Below, piece by piece: positions 1 to 9,121 of a stretch of 9,121 nucleotides of DNA. Position numbers and translations under genes: made by a program. Each line of letters starts with the position of its first letter. Position 1 is the stretch's first letter. Under the pieces are notes generated by a model. That model made no database searches and had not been told where the DNA came from. It worked only from the letters and a program-made list of their open reading frames with translations. The stretch is from a virus (Duplodnaviria > Heunggongvirae > Uroviricota > Caudoviricetes). The DNA lies in the IMG/VR virus record IMGVR_UViG_2645727991_000010, positions 1 to 9,121 of that record; one strand, given 5' to 3'.

Positions 1-3000
1 CACTATGGGTATGCGCCCCGGTGTTATTCGTGGATTTAGTGCCGTAATCAAACGACGATGTGGTTTTCGTCCCCAAATCCGTACTGGATGCGCTGGCGCT
101 GTGGGTATGCGATTTAATGCCGTCCTGTTCCTGAGACAATACGGCCCGACCACTGGCAGGTTTGCCCTTAATCGTCCAGCCACGCATATCAGGGATCACG
201 CCTGACGGATAAGCGGCTGCAAGTTTCGGGTAAGCAGATTTGTCAAAAGTCTGCCCCTGCATCAGGGCATAACCAGACGGAACGGTATCTGATGGCCACG
301 GGATTGGTGCGCCGACTGGGTAGCTTTCTGGTGGAAGATTTTTCGAGGTATAAACTTCTGCCCAGTCTTCCTCAAAACCATAACCGTCTCTTGAAGAACG
401 GTAGAACAGACCACCATTTCTGTAATGCGCCTTCATCTGCAAGGTCCGGCAACTTCCGACTCCGGTATAGAAGTTAACCAGAATATAGCTGTCGCCAGAG
501 CGGGTGACATTGTAAGCACCTGATTCGGCATTCCAGGGAACGCCACCATCCGCATCGGCATATGTATCCGTTGCCCTTCTGGCAAAAGCAGCCACATGCG
601 CGGCGGTTAAAGTAATATCTCTGGAACCATCAAACTCAACACCAGAAACCCGTCTTGGCGTTTGCAGCTTTGTTGCTGTTAATGCATTACCGTTCAGACT
701 TGCGGACAGTTTGGTTCCAATAACCAGTTCGCCGGTTGCGTTATCAATAGCAAACGGTCTTAATGTATTCCAGCTACCATAAACATCACCTTGATTGGTA
801 AGCAGCAGGTAAGTTTTAGCGCCATCATTACGCCATAATGCCCCATACTCCCCACCTATCATTCGAATCTGATTACCACCACGCGCTACAATTTCGTCTG
901 TGGCAAAAAGTTTTTTGCACGACAAATTATCGTTAACGATTAACGAATGAGACTCATAAAAACCACGCCCACTCTTAAAATCAAGGATAACGTCCGCCGC
1001 GATACATTCAGTCGCTGGATTTGTTGCCCCAAACTTATAGGTCGTATCATTAACAACGAGATCAGCACCAGGTGCGGATATTGACAGGCCATCTTCGATA
1101 AACGCAAAAACAGGGAAAGCAGCGCCATCAACATAGAACACAGAGCGCAAATCATCGCCCTTATTACTCATCATTATTGAGTGGATGGCTCGTTCATTGT
1201 TTTGATATTGCCAGAACATTCCATAAGCATAACGCCCCCTGTCAGTCCAGCCACCAGGCATAACAAATCCGTTAAACTCGCAGTTATTCATCGGATCGCC
1301 TGCGGTTCGCGTTGCCGTGGTGATAATGACCCTTGATGCCAGTTCGCTTACTGAGCCAGCAGAACGCATAACAACAACAGGGTAATATTTTCCAGATGTT
1401 GCACCTGCAGGAGCGTTAACCCGCACATAACGCATACCACGCTTATCAGCAAAGTCTGTTTTACTGACCGCGTTAATGTTGTTCAGGAAGCGTCCCTTAT
1501 CGGGTATATCAGCGCCGTTCTGGTCTTTCTGCAGACGTTTCTCTGCATTGTCATAGGCTGATTTTACTGCCTTTGGCGTTGCCGCCAGCGTTTCAGACGT
1601 ACTGTTGGTCGCACTGCTGAGCTGTACTATCCCCTTTTTCGTCGTGCTCGCATCCTCAAGCGCCACGGCGGATGCAATATCCTCTGCCCGTTTTGCCGCT
1701 GTCTCGGCGCGCGTTGCCGCGGATTCCGCCGTACTTTTGCTCTGTGCTGCCGCCGTCGCACTGCCAGCTGCCTCTGTCGCCTTCGTGGATGCTGTCGTGG
1801 CGCTGCCCTTCGCTGCTGACGCCTGTCTGGTCGCCTCATCTTTTGAAGCAGACGCCGATGATGCCGATGACGCCGCCGAACTGGCTGACGATGCGGCAGC
1901 CGTTTTTGAGGATTCTGCGCTGGTTTCCGACGCTTTCGCGTTCGTTTCGGATGTCTTCGCTGCGGAAGCAGAACTCGCTGCTGCGCTGGCCTGTTCAGTG
2001 GCTTCGCCAGCCTTCGTTGTGGCTGTTGAAGCGGATGATGCGGCGCTTTCTGCCGATTTTCCGGCGGCGGTGGCACTGGCTGAGGCCTGCCCGGCACTTG
2101 TTGACGCGGCGCTGGCAGATGATGCAGCCGCTGTTTTTGAGCCTGCCGCAGCTGAGGCGCTCTGTCCCGCTGCCGTCTCAGAAGACTTAGCGTTCGTCTC
2201 GGACGTTTTTGCCGCCTTCGCGGAATTTCCTGCCGCCGTTGCCGAGGAAGTTGCGCTACTGGCGCTCGAGGATGCGTTCGTTTCTGATGATTTCGCTGCC
2301 TCTTTTGAGGCCGCCGCATCCCGGGCTGAGGTGGCAGCTTCTGACGCTTTCGTGGTCGCGGTGGATGCAGAAGTGGCTGCTGATTGTTGTGACGCTGCAG
2401 CATTCGTTTCTGACGTTTTCGCCGCACCGGCACTGGTAGCCGCCGCGCTTTTTGAGGACTCTGCAGCGGCAGCACTTTTTGAGGCTTCAGTGGCCTTTGT
2501 TGATGCCGTTCCTGCGCTGGAAGACGCTGACTGAGCCGACGACGCGGCCTGTCCGGCTGACGTGCTGGCTGCACGTGCTGAATCTGCAGCATCAGTCGCA
2601 CGGGTTGCCGCCTCACTGGCAGATGTGCTGGCATCACTGGCTGACTTCTTCGCGGCTGCCGTGTTCTGTGCCACCACGGACGCGTTACGCGCCACCTCTT
2701 CCACCATCAGTTCAAAACGACGCAGTGCCTCCGGACGGGCATCATCCTCCGTCATGGCACCGAGAAAATCATTCAGCGTACCGGGTTGAGAATCTTCATA
2801 CACGGTGATGGTCCCGGCATGTGACGGCGGGAATCCCTCCACCAACAGAATAACGCTGTACTGACCGTACTCAACGTCCATGCTGTAACGCCCGGCTTCA
2901 TCCGGATTTTCTGAGGCCAGCGTGTTCACCACCACAGTGGTACTGTTACGTTTTGCTTTCAGCTGGATTGTGCAGTTCTGTACCGGTTTTCCTGTGCCGT

Positions 3001-3031
3001 CTTTCAGTACACCTGAAATCTTTACTGCCAT
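1..3031 (-). CDS. stf: Side tail fibre protein (lambda Stf / Rac StfR-like), 3'-truncated by the window edge; ATG at 3029-3031, open frame through position 2 (at least 1010 codons)
   Basis: Not in the ORF track because there is no in-frame stop inside the window; the absence of any listed minus-strand ORF in this frame implies it is open throughout. My translation from 3031 gives [26 protein letters not shown]..., which I recognise as the lambdoid side-tail-fibre N-terminal domain. I translated the last 360 nt codon by codon: ...[104 protein letters not shown], matching the distal lambda Stf region as I recall it. Upstream in-frame stop at 3071-3073. Preceded by GGGG/GGTG 5-8 nt upstream of the ATG. 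Confidence 0.88.
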   Translation of the reverse strand, partial: MAVKISGVLKDGTGKPVQNCTIQLKAKRNSTTVVVNTLASENPDEAGRYSMDVEYGQYSVILLVEGFPPSHAGTITVYEDSQPGTLNDFLGAMTEDDARPEALRRFELMVEEVARNASVVAQNTAAAKKSASDASTSASEAATRATDAADSARAASTSAGQAASSAQSASSSAGTASTKATEASKSAAAAESSKSAAATSAGAAKTSETNAAASQQSAATSASTATTKASEAATSARDAAASKEAAKSSETNASSSASSATSSATAAGNSAKAAKTSETNAKSSETAAGQSASAAAGSKTAAASSASAASTSAGQASASATAAGKSAESAASSASTATTKAGEATEQASAAASSASAAKTSETNAKASETSAESSKTAAASSASSAASSASSASASKDEATRQASAAKGSATTASTKATEAAGSATAAAQSKSTAESAATRAETAAKRAEDIASAVALEDASTTKKGIVQLSSATNSTSETLAATPKAVKSAYDNAEKRLQKDQNGADIPDKGRFLNNINAVSKTDFADKRGMRYVRVNAPAGATSGKYYPVVVMRSAGSVSELASRVIITTATRTAGDPMNNCEFNGFVMPGGWTDRGRYAYGMFWQYQNNERAIHSIMMSNKGDDLRSVFYVDGAAFPVFAFIEDGLSISAPGADLVVNDTTYKFGATNPATECIAADVILDFKSGRGFYESHSLIVNDNLSCKKLFATDEIVARGGNQIRMIGGEYGALWRNDGAKTYLLLTNQGDVYGSWNTLRPFAIDNATGELVIGTKLSASLNGNALTATKLQTPRRVSGVEFDGSRDITLTAAHVAAFARRATDTYADADGGVPWNAESGAYNVTRSGDSYILVNFYTGVGSCRTLQMKAHYRNGGLFYRSSRDGYGFEEDWAEVYTSKNLPPESYPVGAPIPWPSDTVPSGYALMQGQTFDKSAYPKLAAAYPSGVIPDMRGWTIKGKPASGRAVLSQEQDGIKSHTHSASASSTDLGTKTTSSFDYGTKSTNNTGAHTHS
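1650..2700 (-). repeat. Degenerate in-frame Ala/Ser/Thr-rich repeat tract encoding the fibre shaft of Stf; recurring peptide unit ~AKTSETNA / SKSAAA
   Basis: Recurring nucleotide motif on the plus strand, gcgttcgtttc(g/t)ga(c/t)g, at about 1936-1955, 2190-2210, 2276-2290 and 2400-2420. Very high GC (about 67% in 1741-1800). Spawns long spurious ORFs in all other frames (1605-2534 +, 1627-2637 -, 1672-2190 +, 2452-2808 +). Confidence 0.6.
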
Positions 3032-3040
3032 ATTCACCCC

Positions 3041-3069
3041 ACAAAAAAGCCCGCCTGAACCGGCGGGCT
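3041..3069 (-). terminator. Rho-independent terminator downstream of lom (minus-strand transcript)
   Basis: Stem 3048-3055 (agcccgcc) pairs with 3062-3069 (ggcgggct), loop 3056-3061. On the minus strand the stem is followed by UUUUU (plus-strand A-run 3043-3047). Sits 27 nt after the lom stop and about 10 nt before the stf ATG. Confidence 0.7.
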
Positions 3070-3095
3070 GTCATAACACTGTGTTACCTGGCTAA

Positions 3096-3695
3096 TCAGA
3101 ATTTATAACCAACACCCACGATGAACCCGTCAGTGCGCCAGTCACCACTGCCGGAGCCTTCATAAGCGACATCAATGGCCACGGATTCGGTCGGGTTAAA
3201 CTGCACGCCAGCCCCCCACGCCAGAGACGTGTTGCTGTGGCGACCGTCATCACTTCCGGTCAGCACATCGTGCGTTTTCCCCTTGTTGTCAGTTACGCGA
3301 AGATAATCCCCGGAGAAAGTCGACACACGGCTGTAAGCCACGCCTGCCATCGCATACGCGCTGAACCATTCATTCACGCGTACAGACGGCCCCGCCATCA
3401 CGCTGAACCAGCGGTTACGCACGGAATCTTCATGCCAGCGGGTATCGCTGTAATGGGTCAGCTGGCGATTCTTGTCTCCTGCATAGCTGAATGACGTAAC
3501 CAGCCCCAGTGTGTCCGTAAACTCATAACGGTATTTCACGTTAATCCCGTTCAGATCATCACTGCCGGGAACGTTCGTCCGGGCATGAAGATACCCAGCG
3601 CTCAGCGTGGACTGATGTTCAGACGCCCATGCAGGCGCACCGGATACGGCCAGACAAATGGCTGCGGACAAAATGGCGGCATAAAGTTTACGCAT
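3096..3695 (-). CDS. lom: Outer-membrane beta-barrel protein Lom (Ail/Lom/PagC family), 199 aa
   Basis: ORF-track translation has a Sec signal peptide (MRKLYAAILSAAICLAVSGAPAWA, AxA cleavage site), alternating hydrophobic beta-strand pattern and C-terminal aromatic residue (…VGYKF) typical of small OMP barrels. Recognised as lambda Lom. Position between J and stf as in lambda. RBS gagagg upstream of the ATG at 3693-3695. Confidence 0.93.
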   Translation of the reverse strand: MRKLYAAILSAAICLAVSGAPAWASEHQSTLSAGYLHARTNVPGSDDLNGINVKYRYEFTDTLGLVTSFSYAGDKNRQLTHYSDTRWHEDSVRNRWFSVMAGPSVRVNEWFSAYAMAGVAYSRVSTFSGDYLRVTDNKGKTHDVLTGSDDGRHSNTSLAWGAGVQFNPTESVAIDVAYEGSGSGDWRTDGFIVGVGYKF

Positions 3696-3716
3696 AATTA
3701 CCTCTCGCTTTTCTGC

Positions 3717-3743
3717 AATAAAAAAGGCGTCATTTCTGACGCC
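3717..3743 (-). terminator. Rho-independent terminator immediately downstream of J (minus-strand transcript)
   Basis: Stem 3726-3732 (ggcgtca) pairs with 3737-3743 (tgacgcc), loop tttc. On the minus strand it is followed by UUUUUUAUU (plus-strand 3717-3725 aataaaaaa). Lies 19 nt after the J stop (3762-3764). Confidence 0.75.
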
Positions 3744-3761
3744 CGTTCTGGGTTATAAAAT

Positions 3762-7163
<3,402 letters not shown>

Positions 7164-7181
7164 TCACGCTCCATAACGACA

Positions 7182-7202
7182 AAACCGCCCGGGGGGCGGT
7201 TT
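7182..7202 (-). promoter_or_regulatory. GC-rich stem-loop in the I-J intergenic spacer, terminator-like on the coding strand
   Basis: Plus strand aaaccgccc (7182-7190) / ggg / gggcggttt (7194-7202): 9-bp stem, 3-nt loop. On the minus-strand RNA it is followed by UUUUGUCGUU and then the J Shine-Dalgarno (GGAG) and ATG. Function not established. Confidence 0.35.
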
Positions 7203-7220
7203 CACATAAAACGTTTTTCA

Positions 7221-7868
7221 TCAGCGACCAATCACCACAACCTGACCACCATCACCTTCATCTGCTGTGCTGATCTCCTGAGATACCACCCGCGACCCCA
7301 CACGCATTTCACCGTACAGAACCGGCAGAGCATTACCCTGGGCAACCATATTATCCAGTGAAGAAAAATAGGTGTTCTGTTTGCCGTTATCTGTTGTCTG
7401 TGTGCGGGGAGTTCTGGCTTTCGGTGCCAGCATCTGCGCCACACCGCCCAGAATCATACTGGCCCCTGCCGCATACATACCCGATACAGCCGCGGCACCC
7501 AGCCAGCCCACAGGGTTCCACCATGCCACCGCAATCAGCGCCGCCCCCAGCACAGCCTGAAACACACCGCCACTTTTGGCTCCTGCCAGACGCGGCACGA
7601 TATGGATCACAGCACCATTTGCCAGCGGTTCATTAAGACGGGCTGATAATTCCGTTTCACCTGTATCACGCCCGGCAATGCGTACCTGATACCAGCCGTC
7701 GCTCAGCTTCTGACGAAACGCCGGGATCTGCATGGCCAGCGCCCGGATGGCTTCGGCCCCCGTTTTCACACGAAGGTCGATGCGGCGGCCAAATCGTTGC
7801 AAATCCCCGTAAAGGCAGATGCGTGCCATGCCCGGTGACGCCAGAGGGAGTGTGTGCGTCGCTGCCAT
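7221..7868 (-). CDS. I: Tail tip assembly protein I, 215 aa
   Basis: ORF-track protein MAATHTLPLASPGMARICLYGDLQRFGRRIDLRVKTGAEAIRALA… and C-terminus …VVSQEISTADEGDGGQVVVIGR recognised as lambda gpI. ATG at 7866-7868 with purine-rich RBS (gagagagg) upstream. Its 5' end overlaps the 3' end of K out of frame, as in lambda. Confidence 0.95.
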   Translation of the reverse strand: MAATHTLPLASPGMARICLYGDLQRFGRRIDLRVKTGAEAIRALAMQIPAFRQKLSDGWYQVRIAGRDTGETELSARLNEPLANGAVIHIVPRLAGAKSGGVFQAVLGAALIAVAWWNPVGWLGAAAVSGMYAAGASMILGGVAQMLAPKARTPRTQTTDNGKQNTYFSSLDNMVAQGNALPVLYGEMRVGSRVVSQEISTADEGDGGQVVVIGR

Positions 7869-8509
7869 TTGTCGGTATACCTCTCTCGTTTACTCAGTTG
7901 TTCAGGAATATGGTGCAGCAGCTCGCCATCACCACAGTAAATGGCGGCATGATTCGGCACCGATGAACCAAAACAGCACAGCAGCACATCGCCCGGTTGT
8001 GCTGATGACAACGGCACCTGATACAGCCCTGTGGCCTCCAGATTATCCAGATAGAGATTCTGACCGTGACGCCACCAGTCATCCTCGCGATGAAAATCCG
8101 GCATCTCAATCCCCGCCAGATGATAAGCATCCCGGAACAGCGTGTAACAGTCCGTCACCCCGTGCTCAAAGCGCCGTCCGGTGAGATGCGGCACACAGCG
8201 GAACTTATGAATCGCCCCCCGGCAGACCAGCCACCACGGCAAATCACTCTGCACCTGCAGCCGCCGGTCAGTCTCACTCAGCCAGGGCAGACCACCGGGG
8301 TGGCTGTGGACCAGCGCCACAATCTCACCCTGCATTTCTGCCTGCAGCCAGTCCTCCGGCGACATACGGAAATACGCCTCCGGCTCACCGGAGATATTCA
8401 CGCAGGGAAAATAGCTTTCCCCCTCCGGCGTTCTCACCACGAAGCCGCACGACTCCGCTGGCGCACATCGCCGGGCGTGCGCCAGAATCGCTGATTCTGT
8501 CTCTGTCAT
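7766..8509 (-). CDS. K: Tail tip assembly protein K: N-terminal JAMM/MPN metalloprotease-like domain plus C-terminal NlpC/P60-like domain; 247 aa from the ATG at 8507-8509
   Basis: Recognised as lambda gpK (MTETESAILAHARRCAPAESCGFVV…). JAMM motif H-x-H-x7-S-x2-D is present (HSHPGGLPWLSETD, nt 8267-8308) with the upstream E-x-C-G motif (AESCGF, Glu codon 8453-8455). Cys/His candidates for an NlpC/P60 fold (…VTDCYTLF…, …NHAAIY…). The track's start at 8551 is a TTG lying inside L; the ATG at 8509 sits 4 nt after the L stop. Alternative internal Met at 8365 would give 199 aa. Confidence 0.88.
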   Translation of the reverse strand: MTETESAILAHARRCAPAESCGFVVRTPEGESYFPCVNISGEPEAYFRMSPEDWLQAEMQGEIVALVHSHPGGLPWLSETDRRLQVQSDLPWWLVCRGAIHKFRCVPHLTGRRFEHGVTDCYTLFRDAYHLAGIEMPDFHREDDWWRHGQNLYLDNLEATGLYQVPLSSAQPGDVLLCCFGSSVPNHAAIYCGDGELLHHIPEQLSKRERYTDKWQRRTHSLWRHRAWHASAFTGICNDLAAASTFV

Positions 8510-8513
8510 GGGA

Positions 8514-9121
8514 TTACTGCGAAAGTTTGTTAATGGAAAGGAAACCGCCAAAGTTGCCGACGTTATTGCGGAACTTACAGCCGCTCAGGCATTTGCTGCA
8601 TTTATCCTTCGTTATATCGGACGTCGGCTGGTCATATTCATCCGCGACAGCCGGACCGTTATAACCGCACTCATCACCGCGATAGGTCCAGGTGCAGGTG
8701 TTGGCCAGCATGGTACGTCCCGGAAAAACAGCGCCATCCGTTTCCGTCGGCGTGGCCAGTACAAAAGAGGCACTGACTGCGCTCAGTTCGCTGCACTGCT
8801 CGATGCGCCAGCGGCTGATCACCTCCTGCTCCGGATCGGCGTTGCTGTTTCCGCTGACGAAGTTCACCGCATCCAGAAAACGGGCGTAAACCTTACGCCG
8901 GACCACCGTTCCGCCGACCAGACTCTGCATATCTTCCGCCATCCCGGTGACCATACCGTACAGGTTAGAAACCGTCAGCGTGGGGCGCGTACTGGTGCCT
9001 TTGCCATTCAGTTCAAAACCGCCCCCCTGAATGGGATACGGCTGATACTGTCGCCCCTGCCAGGTGACCGGCTCACCTTTTTCGTTCTGCTCATTACAGA
9101 AAAAATAACGTTCTCCACCGA
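8514..9121 (-). CDS. L: Tail tip assembly protein L, 5'-truncated by the window edge (C-terminal ~200 codons present)
   Basis: The track lists only 8514-8954 from an internal Met. Translating upstream in the same frame to the window edge gives …GGERYFFCNEQNEKGEPVTWQGRQYQPYPIQGGGFELNGKGTSTRPTLTVSNLYGMVTGMAEDMQSLVGG… with no stop, continuous with the listed ORF. C-terminus …CSKCLSGCKFRNNVGNFGGFLSINKLSQ (Cys cluster) recognised as lambda gpL. Confidence 0.92.
   Translation of the reverse strand, partial: GGERYFFCNEQNEKGEPVTWQGRQYQPYPIQGGGFELNGKGTSTRPTLTVSNLYGMVTGMAEDMQSLVGGTVVRRKVYARFLDAVNFVSGNSNADPEQEVISRWRIEQCSELSAVSASFVLATPTETDGAVFPGRTMLANTCTWTYRGDECGYNGPAVADEYDQPTSDITKDKCSKCLSGCKFRNNVGNFGGFLSINKLSQ

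Noticed and set aside
323-331. Near-Chi octamer (tctggtgg, 7/8 match to GCTGGTGG)
   Set aside because: Not an exact Chi site; I found no exact GCTGGTGG or its complement by eye. A computational scan would settle it.
1605-2808. Several long ORFs in both orientations (1605-2534 +, 1627-2637 -, 1672-2190 +, 2209-2439 +, 2452-2808 +, 2562-2789 +)
   Set aside because: All overlap the Ala/Ser-rich repeat tract of stf in other frames. Their translations are poly-Ala, poly-Arg or Pro/Gln low-complexity, artefacts of GCN-rich repeats, whereas the stf frame gives a coherent fibre protein.
1-3031. Possibility of an invertible tail-fibre segment (Gin/Cin/Pin-type crossover sites) within stf
   Set aside because: I found no 26-bp gix/cix-like dyad (…AAACC…GGTTT…) inside the fibre gene and no recombinase gene in the window. 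A pin-like gene could still lie beyond the window edge.
3237-3494. 85-aa plus-strand ORF
   Set aside because: Antisense within lom; no supporting signals.
7819-8494. Plus-strand ORFs 7819-8184 and 8066-8494, and minus-strand 7894-8130
   Set aside because: Antisense or alternative-frame to K; no motifs; the K frame carries clear JAMM and NlpC/P60 signatures.

Overview
The whole window is the distal end of a lambda-type (lambdoid, enterobacterial) tail gene cluster, entirely on the minus strand: L (5' end cut by the window) - K - I - J - lom - stf (3' end cut by the window). Gene calls rest on recognising the proteins from the supplied translations and my own translation of the two edge-truncated genes; no searches were run. 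I do not see a new defence or other novel system here; this is an ordinary, well-known tail module. The parts worth a second look are the host-range and accessory modules: (1) a very long side-tail-fibre gene that the ORF track misses, with an internal low-GC block and an Ala/Ser-rich repeat shaft; (2) a low-GC island at the 3' end of J, where receptor specificity resides; (3) lom as a moron bracketed by two intrinsic terminators; (4) evidence that K starts upstream of the 199-codon internal Met. All plus-strand ORFs in the track appear to be antisense artefacts.
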